The notes under the pieces were generated by a model, which ran no database searches, had not been told where the DNA came from, and was given only the letters and a program-made list of their open reading frames with translations. Shown piece after piece: positions 41,262-51,472 of a stretch of 64,000 nucleotides of DNA (its first letter is position 1; each line of letters starts with the position of its first letter). Origin of the DNA: an uncultured bacterium. Lineage in GTDB: Bacteria; UBP4; UBA4092. The DNA lies in NCBI GenBank assembly GCA_964644695.1, contig CAZXWN010000001.1:492869-556868 (forward strand), given 5' to 3'. Position numbers and translations under genes: made by a program.

Positions 41262-42235
41262 TCCTCATAAATCTTGTGAGACATCCATAATTGGCTTGAT
41301 AATATTGAATAGGCTTTGGGCTCAGGCCCAAAGCCTTCTTTAAATGTCCACAACTGGGGCATATTATGACTGGCACCAAAATCAAACCATCCGATATTCA
41401 TCTCGCATGATTGTTGAATTGCATAGTCCAGTAAGAGTTGATTAGCGCATAATGATTTTGCCTCTGGCTTATTTGCTGCAGCCCAGTAAATTGCATGGTT
41501 CTTCCCATACAACACAAGAATGGCGGAGATTAAATCCCCAGAATGATATGCCATGTAAAACTTCACCTGTTCAGGGTAAATTTCCAGGTTAGTAAAAAGT
41601 TCGGGGGAATATACCAGTGTCTGATTGTTGCCTCTCAATTCACTATTACGATGATAAAGTTCAGAAAACATGGAACCCGCTTGGGTAGGATTTACCTCAA
41701 TATGGATAGATGAATTTCTTGCTTTTCGGATTTGATTTCGGTTTTTTCCGTCATATTTATTGGCCCAAATATCTTCATATTTAAGATTGAGTGGTAATAG
41801 CTGGGTTTCTCTCTTAACAGCCGTTGAATAAGGAGTCCCTGAAATAAATTGTTTAGATATACTGGGGTCAGGAGTCAGGCTTGTTTTAATCACACGAGAT
41901 TGAAATAAAAGGTTTCCAATCTCGAAGGACTCCTGTGAGGTTATTTCGTCATTAGATAGTATTCCACCATAGGTATTAAAAGGCATGGAGTGAATGGATT
42001 TTACCAGCCCCCCAAACTTACAGACAGAAATCGCCGGGATTAATGCACTTTTCCCATTCTTAAAGGTTACGATAAAAGAACTATTTTTATATTGTCGATA
42101 TGTCTCAGTCAATACCTGAATCCAGTTTGGAGTATGAAAAAAGCTATATTGATTAAGTTGATTAATGAACTGCCAATGGTCCTGAATTGAACAGGGTGAT
42201 TGAATTGAACTGATTGTTGATGTATTTCGTTGCAT
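41258..42235 (-). CDS. GNAT-family (FemAB/CelD-like) acyltransferase
   Basis: FFHTP.W, SMPF..YGG, RNQIRKA, FDFGAS, FKEGFG. Confidence 0.8.
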   Translation of the reverse strand: MQRNTSTISSIQSPCSIQDHWQFINQLNQYSFFHTPNWIQVLTETYRQYKNSSFIVTFKNGKSALIPAISVCKFGGLVKSIHSMPFNTYGGILSNDEITSQESFEIGNLLFQSRVIKTSLTPDPSISKQFISGTPYSTAVKRETQLLPLNLKYEDIWANKYDGKNRNQIRKARNSSIHIEVNPTQAGSMFSELYHRNSELRGNNQTLVYSPELFTNLEIYPEQVKFYMAYHSGDLISAILVLYGKNHAIYWAAANKPEAKSLCANQLLLDYAIQQSCEMNIGWFDFGASHNMPQLWTFKEGFGPEPKAYSILSSQLWMSHKIYED

Positions 42236-42330
42236 GAATGGTATGTTATCACAGACACTAAAGTTGAGGCAGACCGGAAGAATATGGTAATCTAGGCAAA
42301 ACTGATATGGGCTATGGGAGTATATGAATC

Positions 42331-44640
42331 ATGATAAAACGAATCCTTACGATTATCACAATTTTCTGTTTATTAACCGTTTTAGTTGAGGCGCAAAACA
42401 TGGGACTCAAAGGAAAAGTTATTGTTATTGACCCGGGTCATGCTCCGGACGATGGAGCGAAGGGTTTGGCTGGACTTACTGAAAAAGAATTAAATTTGAA
42501 AATTGCACAATATTTAAAAACTCTCTTGGCAGAAAAAGAAGCGATTGTATTTCTCACTAGAGATGATGACAAAGGGCCGTTTGGAGGCCAGAATCTGGCA
42601 GTTCATACATTGGCCGCACGAGTGAAAATGGCCACTGAATTAAATTGCGACCTTTTTGTTTCAATACATCACAATGCAAATGCCCAGGCTGACCGCAGTG
42701 TCAATCAATCTGAGATGTATTTTAATGTTTTTGATTTTGGTCCATCCCAGGATGCTGCCCAGTTGATTTATGAGAATTTGGTACGTGAATTGGGCACCAG
42801 TAAGGGTTATCCAACCCCCATGCCAGCCGAGTATTATATCTTGCGAAAAGCGGAAGGATATCCTGCGGTATTAGGCGAAGCCGCCTATATTATTAATCCA
42901 CAGGCTGAAGCATTACTTTCTCGAGATGATTATCAAAAAAGACAGGCAGTCGCGTATTTTAAAGGAATTGAAGCTTATTTTAACCGAGGTATCCTTCGTT
43001 TAACGGATATATCACCTAAAAACGGAAACATCATAACTCAAACAGAGAAACTGGATATATCCACCCGTTTTTTAGATGAAAAAAATGGACCGGGTATTGA
43101 TTCAAATTCAACCTGGGCCACATGGGATGATAATACTATTAAAGTTAAGATTAATGGAGATCGCCTAATTGCTCAGGTTCCCAGCCCATTAAAAAATGGT
43201 CTGCATGAAATTAAATTCTATGCAAAAAATAAAAATGGAAATTCTGCCATGCCCATCAGCAGCAGTTTCCTCATTCAACAAGCCCCACAAAAAATGACTC
43301 TAAAAGTCTTTCCAAACTTAATACCTCCCAATGACAATATACCTGTAACGGCCACAGTAGAAGTGACAGATCAGAATAATCAACCTGTCGCAGACGGCCT
43401 GCCAATAATGTTTCTGAGAGACGGAAAATTTGCGGGAATCAGCTATACAAATAAGGGCCAGGCAGTTCTTCAAATAAAAGGTAAACCCTATTTGAGCTCA
43501 ACACAAATCAAAGCTCAATATGGAAATCTTTCAGTGGAAGCCTTGCTAGAACAAAAAAATTCTGAAAAGTCTTGGATAATTGGAAAGGTCCTTGATGGAC
43601 AAAAAAAACCAATCTCCAACGCATCAATAAAGTTTGGGACCGAAGTGATGGCGAATACAGGCGATGACGGTCAATTTATTCTTGATAATTTACAAAAAGG
43701 TAAATTTACTTGTATGGTTACGGCAGCTGGATATATCCCCTACCCACTGGTATTTGATGCCGAGCCCGGCTCCATACACTCCCTGACAGTCGAAATGATT
43801 CCCTTTGCTTCTGGAATACTACAAAACAAAACATATATCGTGGATGCCGCATATGGTGGTTCACAATCAGGCCCTGTAGGTCCGACAGGATTATCTTCAG
43901 CTCAGGTCAATCTGAAGGTGGCATTATATCTCAAAGATTACCTGGAACAGGCGGGAGCAAAAGTTATATTACCACGGGCTGATTTGGAAGGAATGAGTGA
44001 TATCGAAAAAGTCGTTTTAGATTCAACAGTCCCACGCGATGAGTACCTTATTATTAATTTTGGCAAAGGCAAAAATGCAGAAGAAAACTACTCCGCTATT
44101 TTTAGATTCCCAGAACAGAAAACACAATTATGTACTCTAATACTTAATGAGCAGAATAATCTGTTTGGTTACCCTAAAATTCCCTACCAGGGAGCATATG
44201 GCAAGGATGGAATGATTGATGATTCAGATTATTTGATTGTTCAAACCTATGGGGTTAGAATCCAACCTTCATTACTGACAAATCCCAACGAAGAAAATCG
44301 TTTAAAAAGTGACAGTTATTTAAGAAAACATGCTTACGCTATTTATAACGCATTGTTAATTTCCGCAGGCTTAGATACAACTGCGAGAGGAGATATTAAT
44401 GGGCTTATTATGGATATTAACGGTAAGGCAATCTCTTCAGCAAAAGTTGAGGTCGATGATGGAACGGTGGTTTATTCTAACGACTTAGAGCCTGCGGGGG
44501 GATATAAACTATGTTATATATCCAGTGGAGCACACAGGGTCACAGTATCAGCACCTGGATATGAATCAAAAACTCTTGGGACACTTGTGAAAAGTGGCGA
44601 GTCAGCTTTATTAGATTTCACTTTGTCCCCAACCAAATAA
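42331..44640 (+). CDS. Secreted N-acetylmuramoyl-L-alanine amidase with Ig-like domains and a second degenerate amidase domain
   Basis: Signal peptide; IDPGH, EKELNL, FVSIHHNA, AVLGE; carboxypeptidase-regulatory-like repeats; second domain IVDAAYGG. Confidence 0.87.
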   Translation: MIKRILTIITIFCLLTVLVEAQNMGLKGKVIVIDPGHAPDDGAKGLAGLTEKELNLKIAQYLKTLLAEKEAIVFLTRDDDKGPFGGQNLAVHTLAARVKMATELNCDLFVSIHHNANAQADRSVNQSEMYFNVFDFGPSQDAAQLIYENLVRELGTSKGYPTPMPAEYYILRKAEGYPAVLGEAAYIINPQAEALLSRDDYQKRQAVAYFKGIEAYFNRGILRLTDISPKNGNIITQTEKLDISTRFLDEKNGPGIDSNSTWATWDDNTIKVKINGDRLIAQVPSPLKNGLHEIKFYAKNKNGNSAMPISSSFLIQQAPQKMTLKVFPNLIPPNDNIPVTATVEVTDQNNQPVADGLPIMFLRDGKFAGISYTNKGQAVLQIKGKPYLSSTQIKAQYGNLSVEALLEQKNSEKSWIIGKVLDGQKKPISNASIKFGTEVMANTGDDGQFILDNLQKGKFTCMVTAAGYIPYPLVFDAEPGSIHSLTVEMIPFASGILQNKTYIVDAAYGGSQSGPVGPTGLSSAQVNLKVALYLKDYLEQAGAKVILPRADLEGMSDIEKVVLDSTVPRDEYLIINFGKGKNAEENYSAIFRFPEQKTQLCTLILNEQNNLFGYPKIPYQGAYGKDGMIDDSDYLIVQTYGVRIQPSLLTNPNEENRLKSDSYLRKHAYAIYNALLISAGLDTTARGDINGLIMDINGKAISSAKVEVDDGTVVYSNDLEPAGGYKLCYISSGAHRVTVSAPGYESKTLGTLVKSGESALLDFTLSPTK

Positions 44641-44670
44641 ATCTTTATTGCCTATACAATCTGGTCCCCT

Positions 44671-44720
44671 AATAAAAGAACATCGAACAAGATCAATCTT
44701 GTTCGATGTTTCTTTTTATT
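44671..44720. repeat. Dispersed 28-bp palindrome, copy 3 (core 44681-44708), with A/T flanks; probable bidirectional terminator
   Basis: AATAAAAGAA-CATCGAACAAGATCAATCTTGTTCGATG-TTTCTTTTTATT between convergent genes. Confidence 0.93.
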
Positions 44721-44734
44721 CATATAAACTCTGT

Positions 44735-45460
44735 TCAAGACACAATTAAATGGTTTTTATCATATACGATTTCGGCCTCAGGACGTCTGTAATATACTGG
44801 ATTTAAGGATATTACATCCATAGGCTTTATTCGGTCATGGGTATAAGCTTCGAAAGCATAACGACATAAACTACCTGGATCAACCTCCGTACCGATTGTA
44901 TCTAAGTGAACTAGTCCTTTAATATTCTGTGAAAAATGATCCCAATTTTTTATACCAACAGGCCCACATATATTTACAAATGAATCTTCCATCTCTTTTG
45001 ATTTATTCACTAAATCATAAAATTCCTGAACCTTATAAACAGACCCGGGAATCACATAATGAGGAACACCCGATTTCCATTGAATCCCTGCACCATAAAC
45101 TTCTCCTCTCAAAGCATCAATACAAGGATAAATTGTTTGACTATTTTGACTCCAGGGATAAGAAAGGACTTCCAAGGTAGAAATACCAAGCAATAAACAT
45201 TTATTCAAGTGAGCTAAAGTTTTGGCGGTCATCAATCCAACACGAAGGCCTGTAAAGCTGCCAGGACCAATCGTCACAGCTATCGCGTCTACTTGATTCA
45301 TCTTCTTATTAGAAGCTTTCAAGAGGGTTTCAATTAAAGTAAAAACCTGGCAACTGTGCATATTATGAGTCGTTAACTGATATTGACCCAATAATCGGGC
45401 CCCCTCGGACAAAGCAACACCCGTTGATTTGCATGAAGTATCTATTCCAAGAATAATCAT
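44735..45460 (-). CDS. tsaB: tRNA threonylcarbamoyladenosine biosynthesis protein TsaB
   Basis: LGIDTS, HS, GPGSFTGLRVG, DA.RGEVY, P.Y.R..EAE. Confidence 0.95.
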   Translation of the reverse strand: MIILGIDTSCKSTGVALSEGARLLGQYQLTTHNMHSCQVFTLIETLLKASNKKMNQVDAIAVTIGPGSFTGLRVGLMTAKTLAHLNKCLLLGISTLEVLSYPWSQNSQTIYPCIDALRGEVYGAGIQWKSGVPHYVIPGSVYKVQEFYDLVNKSKEMEDSFVNICGPVGIKNWDHFSQNIKGLVHLDTIGTEVDPGSLCRYAFEAYTHDRIKPMDVISLNPVYYRRPEAEIVYDKNHLIVS

Positions 45461-45468
45461 AATATCCT

Positions 45469-45966
45469 TTAAACCAACAATTCCTTTATTAAAATTTTCT
45501 CAGGTAAATCTGATAACCATTTTTTAATATCTTGAAAATTATCTCCATAAAGTTCAATTATAATCAATCGGCTATCATCGGGTAACACTCGAAAATTAAA
45601 CTCAATTCGCTGTTCAGGCAAGACAGATGGAAACTTATTTGCCCATTCAATCACTACAATTCCATTCGAATCAACGTATTCATCTAATCCCAGCCCCATA
45701 ACATCATTTTCGCTGTTAAGTCTATAAAAATCAGCATGATAAAGCCAGAATTGTGGTGAAGGATACTCATTAATGAGAGTGAAAGTTGGACTGTGAACAA
45801 CCTCTGAACAACCCAGTTGCATGCCAATTCCTTTAGTCAGGTGAGTTTTACCCGCTCCAAGCTCACCATCAAGAGTAAAGACTTCTCCCCCCCTGCAAAT
45901 CGAAGCGAGTAATTTACCCAAACCAATCGTTTCATTTACACTTTGACTAATTATTTCTTTACTCAT
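45469..45966 (-). CDS. tsaE: tRNA threonylcarbamoyladenosine biosynthesis ATPase TsaE
   Basis: GELGAGKT, SPTFTL..EY, H.DFYRL, IEW. Confidence 0.96.
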   Translation of the reverse strand: MSKEIISQSVNETIGLGKLLASICRGGEVFTLDGELGAGKTHLTKGIGMQLGCSEVVHSPTFTLINEYPSPQFWLYHADFYRLNSENDVMGLGLDEYVDSNGIVVIEWANKFPSVLPEQRIEFNFRVLPDDSRLIIIELYGDNFQDIKKWLSDLPEKILIKELLV

Positions 45967-45974
45967 AATTGACC

Positions 45975-47079
45975 TTAGTTTTTGTTTACGTATTTTTTCA
46001 AATACCCTTCGAGAAAATCATCAATGTCACCATCCATAACGGCTTGGACATTACCAACCTCAACTCCGGTACGATGGTCTTTGATTAAACAATACGGTTG
46101 AAAGACATACGAACGAATCTGGTTTCCCCAAGAGATATCTTTCTTCTCAGGATTTAACTTCTCAATTTCATCCTGCTTTTCCTGTCTGTATTTTTCATAC
46201 AAGCGAGCGCGTAATATTTTCATCGCTGTTGCTCTATTTTTGTGCTGTGATCTTTCATTTTGACAGGTAACAACGATTCCTGTTGGGAGGTGGGTGATTC
46301 GAACTGCAGATTCAGTTTTATTGACATGCTGCCCACCGGCACCACTGGCCCGGTAAACATCAACTTTCAAATCCACTTCTTTGATATCGACATCAATAGA
46401 ATCATCAATTTCGGGATAAACAAAAACAGAAGCAAAGGAAGTGTGTCGGCGTTTATTTGAGTCAAAAGGTGAGATTCTTACCAGACGATGGATACCATTT
46501 TCTGACTTTAAATACCCAAAGGCATATTCACCTTTAATTTCTAAAGTTGCACTCTTAATACCAGCCTCATCACCAGGCAATAAATCAATGATATCAATTT
46601 CAAAACCTGAACGTTCCGCCCATCGCTGGTACATCCTAAGTAACATATTGGCCCAGTCGCAAGACTCCGTTCCCCCTGCTCCAGGATGTATGTAAATGAA
46701 ACAATTTAAAGGATCTAACTCATCACTTAAGAGACTGACAATTTCAATTTTCTCGTATTCTTTTTCTAAAAGAATAATTTCCTGTTCAAGTTCTTTTTCT
46801 AATGAATCATCACCAGATTCTTTAGCCATATCCAATAAAACCTGCGAGTCATCAAGGGTTATCCCGATTTTTTCCCAAGGTTTTATCTTAAGTTTTAAAT
46901 TATTGAGTTCCTGATTTGTCTGACTTGCAAGGGTTGGATTGTCCCAAAAACCGTCATGGGACATCTTTTCTTCTAATGAAGAAATTTCCTTCCTAATCTG
47001 AGCAAGGTCAAAGAGACTCCTTCATCTGGCAAATTTTTTCTCTTAAAAGGTCAAGACGTTTTTCCAGATCAGATAACAT
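45975..47079 (-). CDS. prfB: Peptide chain release factor 2 with programmed +1 frameshift
   Basis: SPF and GGQ motifs; true start ATG 47079, 23 codons, then CTT-TGA-C and the +1 frame continues into the 329-aa ORF. Confidence 0.97.
47007..47022 (-). promoter_or_regulatory. RF2 autoregulatory frameshift site
   Basis: Minus strand AAGGAG-TCT-CTT-TGA-C: internal Shine-Dalgarno plus the canonical slippery site. Confidence 0.95.
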
Positions 47080-47216
47080 ATATTTTGTTACCCCTTGATA
47101 AATTTTACTGATTAACTATTAACTTTATATTCTAACAGATACAGTAAAACTAATATGTTTTGGGGACAAGAACACCTTTAAGTTTGTCTTTCTTAAGGTT
47201 AGCTTACCTTTTTTCA

Positions 47217-47322
47217 TTGACAATTTGATACTTAAATGATAAATTCGGATACAAATCGAACATATTTTTGGCGAGTAATGTGAAAAAAAATCCGTATTCG
47301 TTTATTGTTCAATTGCTATAAT
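47217..47322 (+). promoter_or_regulatory. Candidate sigma70 promoters for the 47337-51472 unit
   Basis: TTGACA(47217)-17 bp-TAAATT with TGn; second extended -10 TGCTATAAT at 47314-47322. Confidence 0.5.
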
Positions 47323-47336
47323 ATTCTGGTGGTTAA

Positions 47337-47681
47337 ATGAAGCCTGAAAGTAGCATTGATATACTGAAAAAAATAACTGATGACATCCTGATCATACGGG
47401 GTAAATTAATTAGTGCCCGTTATAATCAACCATTAACAATGGAGGATGAAATGGTGTTCTGGGAAGCAAAAGGTCGGATAGCCAGACATCTACAACCGTT
47501 AAGGCATAAGGCTGGAAATCCCGGCGATTACCATAATGTTATGATTGCTTTTTTACGCCGTATTGCAAGTCTTAATCAGATATCACAGTTAAATTCTATT
47601 GATTTACTTGAAATTGAAAAAGACTGTCATAAGATTTTTTTATTTCTAAATCGATGGCAGGTTAAGTTATCATCCAATTGA
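47337..47681 (+). CDS. Hypothetical helical protein, 114 aa (paralog A)
   Basis: Clean ORF filling the gap after the promoter; pattern similarity to 51125..51472. Confidence 0.75.
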   Translation: MKPESSIDILKKITDDILIIRGKLISARYNQPLTMEDEMVFWEAKGRIARHLQPLRHKAGNPGDYHNVMIAFLRRIASLNQISQLNSIDLLEIEKDCHKIFLFLNRWQVKLSSN

Positions 47682-47717
47682 ATATAATTTGAAAAAAACT
47701 CGTGGAGGAGTTCCTTC

Positions 47718-50700
47718 GTGAAAAAACTAAAACCAAATTTCTTCATCAAAGTTCTGATAATGCTCGCTATTCTTGTCCCCTTAACAGGATGTATTGATAA
47801 GACAATAGCGCAATGGAACAACTCTTCTACAGAGAAAGCTATGGCAGAAGCCAGGGATATGGAAGCCCCCAAGTATGCTACACAGCAATACTCAGCAGCT
47901 TCCACAGCTTTGGAAAACTCTAAGAAAGCTCTGCAGCAAGGTGATAATAAGAATGCCAAGGATCAATCCGCCACCGCAAAAGCATCAGCTAAAGATGCAC
48001 TGAACTTGGCAAAATCAGCTAAAGCCGCAGCCGACTTCAATTTAGCCGAACAAAAATTCAGAGTCGCCATGGAAAATGATGGACGACAAGCCAGTCCAGC
48101 CAAATTTGCTCAAATCCAAAAGGATCTTGAGGAAGCAAGAAAATACAACGCGAAAGCCAGCAAAAACTTCAAACAGATTATCAAGTTTTCTGATTCAGTC
48201 ATTGAAGGTGTCAACTCACTTTTAGGTGAAGTTATTAAACAGGCTAATCAGGAAGTAACTCAATCCCGGATGACCCTTGATCAGGCTAAACAAAATGAAG
48301 CGGAAACTCGGGCTGTGGGAGATTGGGCAAAAGCCAAAGCTTCCGTTGAAGAAGCAGAAGCACTGCTGAAACAAGAAAAATACAAAAATGCTCGCACCAA
48401 AGCAAAAGAAGCTCAGTTCCTGGCTGATGCAGCGTTACAAATTGCGATGGAAAGCAAATGTCGGGATGAAATGATTGCTGCAGAACGCATCATGAGCGCT
48501 TTAAATGAAGTCCAAGCCAATAAATATACAAAAGGCGATTTTTCACTAATTGATGACAATTTCCAGAGAGCCACTCAAGCTTACAAAACCAAAGATTATC
48601 GTATTGCACTGGATGTCTTCCGCATTGTTCAAGCCCGTGGCCCTGAGATCGTCCAAAGAGCCAGCCAATTACAGATGCGGGATCAATTAAAAACAGCTTC
48701 CAGAGATATTGACCGTTTAAAAATCAATGATGCAGAGAAATATGCACCAGCATTCCTCTCTGAAGCGGAAGCCCTGCTGGAAGAAGCAAAAAATGCTTTT
48801 GACTCTAAGGATTATGAAAAAGTTAAGAGTTTATATGCTGACATAAGCGACAAGATAGACCGTGCTAATGAAAAACTCCGTGTTGGGGCTGATGATCAGA
48901 TTCAGTTATCTGATATCGCCATTAAAGACGCGATCGATGCTGGAGCTACTGATTTTGCCAAGGAATTACTCCTTCGTTCACAACAACTTCGTGCTACTTC
49001 CATTAATATGATGAACCAAAAGCAATTCCGTGAATCCATTCAAATGGCAAAAGCCACTGTGGTAAAAGCTCAGGAAGCTAAAACTGCCGCAATCAAGAAA
49101 AAAGCTGAATTGGAACTAGCTATATCCGAAAATGAGATTAAACGGGCTGTTGGTGATAGTGCTCAGTTATATGCCACAGAGGAAATTCAGGCTGCTCGTG
49201 AAATTTTGAGACAGGGCCGGGAAGCATTATTGGGTGGTCAATACTCAAAAGCTCGTGATTTAGCCGCTGAAACTAGAGCTAAAGTTGATGAGTCCTATAC
49301 AGCAATGAAGAAAAAGGCTGTAAATCAGATTGATGAAGCTCGTAAGGCCATAGATAACGCTGCTGATGAGCATTATATGGTCAATCGTTATCCTCAGGCG
49401 GCGCAAACCTTGAACGCAGCCAGACAAAAACTCAATGAATCTAATAATTTACTGAACAGCAATGCTTTTGCCAGAACCATTGAAAAAGCTGTTGAAACAC
49501 GCGCTACCGCAGTAGATTCAAAGAATATTGCTATCCGCATGCAAATTGCCGACCGGACCCCTGTCGTCCGAAGACAAATTGATGAAGCAAGAATAGCTAA
49601 AGCATACACCTATTCAATCGAGGATTATGATAGTTCTTTAGCAAATTTGAAACTTGCAAATGACAATTTAGCTATTGGAAAATATGATGCCGCATTAGAT
49701 GCTTTAGATAATGCTGAAAAAAATGCAGAGACAGCACTTAAAGGACAAATAATTCGTGCCCGGAATCAAATAGAAACAGCTAAATCCTTAGGTGGATGGA
49801 AACATGAAACAGGGAAATTACAGGATGCCGTTATTGCCTTAGATAATGCAGAGAAAATGATGCGTTCAGGTAGTTACGACCAATCTCTGGCTGCTGCTAA
49901 TGCATCTTTATCTGCTGCCGGTGTTGCGCAACAAAGCACAAGAGATAAAATTATCTTTGAAGAATATAACAATATCATTAAGCAATTAAATTCTTCGAAG
50001 CTAGTAATTGCAATGATCCCTGAAAAAGTTAATGACATAAAAGCTAAGGCTGATTCAGCTGTTCGCGATTATAAAGCCGAAAAAGGTTCACAGAGTGCTT
50101 TTGAAAAATCACTTAACAGTTTAACTAGACTAAAAACTAATGCAACCACATTAGATTCAGACGCAAAGGCACAGAAAGAATCTTATTCAAAACAAATTGA
50201 AGATGGATTAGTTAAGGCAAGAGCATACAAAGCTCAGGAATTTGCTTCAAGGGAATTAGATGGTGCTGAAGACTATTTAAGAATTGCAGAAGCATCCTAT
50301 AAGCGTGGCGACTACGCTAACGCAAAATTAGCTTATGAGCAGTCACTTAAGTCAATTAAAGAGATTGAAACCCGTAAGGCAGAAAAGATATACAAAGATG
50401 CCCTGCTGGTTCAAGTCAAAAAGTTAAACAAGGCTTTGGGTGATTTTAGCGAAATCATTGAGATTTCCCCCACCTATTGGGAAAAATTAAAAGGCTCTGA
50501 TGCAGAAGAAACCTATAAGTCCCTGGATAAAAACTTCCACAATGTGGTTAGTCTCTCTCCAGACTTTTTAAAGGCCGCAAAAGGAGATCTTAGGACAGAT
50601 CCATATAAGGGAATCCAGGGAACCATGACAGCGGGTAAATTCCGCCAAGTTGTTACCGAAATCAATGTTAGATCAAAGAGTTTAACTCCTCCCCCAACTA

Positions 50701-50996
50701 TGGAAGGATTACATTCAAAAGCCCTTAAGATGTTTGAAAACGCTAAACTGGCCGGAGAATGCTTTGATAAATTTGGTTATAATGCTAATTACCAACCTAA
50801 GACTCGGGATCAATTCATTGAAAAGGGATTCCAATATATCCAGGTTTGTTGGTACTATAAACAACAGGTTGATACTTCATTATCTTTCAATAAGAATATC
50901 AGACCTCAAGGAAATTCATTCGCTGAGTGGATTCTGCGTACTAAAAATAATGTTCCAGCAGGTGAATCATTTCTTAGCTGGATCAGCAAGAAATAA
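47718..50996 (+). CDS. 1092-aa lipoprotein of tandem alanine-rich helical (DUF4398-like) repeats
   Basis: GGAGGAG RBS, signal peptide with lipobox LTGC, about 12 repeats of A...A..YA......A...L..A......Y..A. Confidence 0.85.
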   Translation: MKKLKPNFFIKVLIMLAILVPLTGCIDKTIAQWNNSSTEKAMAEARDMEAPKYATQQYSAASTALENSKKALQQGDNKNAKDQSATAKASAKDALNLAKSAKAAADFNLAEQKFRVAMENDGRQASPAKFAQIQKDLEEARKYNAKASKNFKQIIKFSDSVIEGVNSLLGEVIKQANQEVTQSRMTLDQAKQNEAETRAVGDWAKAKASVEEAEALLKQEKYKNARTKAKEAQFLADAALQIAMESKCRDEMIAAERIMSALNEVQANKYTKGDFSLIDDNFQRATQAYKTKDYRIALDVFRIVQARGPEIVQRASQLQMRDQLKTASRDIDRLKINDAEKYAPAFLSEAEALLEEAKNAFDSKDYEKVKSLYADISDKIDRANEKLRVGADDQIQLSDIAIKDAIDAGATDFAKELLLRSQQLRATSINMMNQKQFRESIQMAKATVVKAQEAKTAAIKKKAELELAISENEIKRAVGDSAQLYATEEIQAAREILRQGREALLGGQYSKARDLAAETRAKVDESYTAMKKKAVNQIDEARKAIDNAADEHYMVNRYPQAAQTLNAARQKLNESNNLLNSNAFARTIEKAVETRATAVDSKNIAIRMQIADRTPVVRRQIDEARIAKAYTYSIEDYDSSLANLKLANDNLAIGKYDAALDALDNAEKNAETALKGQIIRARNQIETAKSLGGWKHETGKLQDAVIALDNAEKMMRSGSYDQSLAAANASLSAAGVAQQSTRDKIIFEEYNNIIKQLNSSKLVIAMIPEKVNDIKAKADSAVRDYKAEKGSQSAFEKSLNSLTRLKTNATTLDSDAKAQKESYSKQIEDGLVKARAYKAQEFASRELDGAEDYLRIAEASYKRGDYANAKLAYEQSLKSIKEIETRKAEKIYKDALLVQVKKLNKALGDFSEIIEISPTYWEKLKGSDAEETYKSLDKNFHNVVSLSPDFLKAAKGDLRTDPYKGIQGTMTAGKFRQVVTEINVRSKSLTPPPTMEGLHSKALKMFENAKLAGECFDKFGYNANYQPKTRDQFIEKGFQYIQVCWYYKQQVDTSLSFNKNIRPQGNSFAEWILRTKNNVPAGESFLSWISKK

Positions 50997-51007
50997 AAGG
51001 AGTAATT

Positions 51008-51118
51008 ATGGGATTTATTGCTAATACCGTGATTAAGTCCGAAATATTTGTAATACTGCTTGTCATAGCATTCGCAGTATATATTATGTTCTTGTTGAAT
51101 TTATTTAAAAAACAATAA
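51008..51118 (+). CDS. 36-aa single-TM small protein, not in the ORF track (MGFIANTVIKSEIFVILLVIAFAVYIMFLLNLFKKQ)
   Basis: AAAGGAG 5 nt before ATG 51008; fills the gap between flanking genes; about 20-aa hydrophobic core then KK. Confidence 0.75.
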   Translation: MGFIANTVIKSEIFVILLVIAFAVYIMFLLNLFKKQ

Positions 51119-51124
51119 ATTAAT

Positions 51125-51472
51125 ATGACTCAAATTCTAAAACCAAAACAATTAGCAATAGAAATTGAAGAGCTAAATCAGTTATGGAGCAAAGAAGCTG
51201 AGTATATTAGTAAAACAGTGACACAACGAAATCCATCCGTTGAAGTTGAAATGGAATATGCAAGTTTTTGTGGAGATATTTTACGTAAGGTTGTCTTGGT
51301 AGCTGATAATACAGCAATAAGCAATACATTTACTGAAAAAGTTACTGACTTTCTTTTGGAAGTTTATTCTTTACAAATTCTTTTAGATTATCCTGATTTC
51401 CAGGTTAATCTTCTGAGAGAAAGATGGAATTCAATTCAGATGGATATCAATCGCCTATTATCCAACAATTAA
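51125..51472 (+). CDS. Hypothetical helical protein, 115 aa (paralog B)
   Basis: ORF starts 6 nt after the small ORF and ends at a terminator; similarity to 47337..47681. Confidence 0.75.
   Translation: MTQILKPKQLAIEIEELNQLWSKEAEYISKTVTQRNPSVEVEMEYASFCGDILRKVVLVADNTAISNTFTEKVTDFLLEVYSLQILLDYPDFQVNLLRERWNSIQMDINRLLSNN

Noticed and set aside
45975-47079. prfB as a pseudogene or sequencing frameshift
   Set aside because: The break is the canonical programmed CTT-TGA-C site with an internal Shine-Dalgarno
47257-47270. CGAACATATTTTTG as a LexA box
   Set aside because: The right half-site is too degenerate and there is no SOS context
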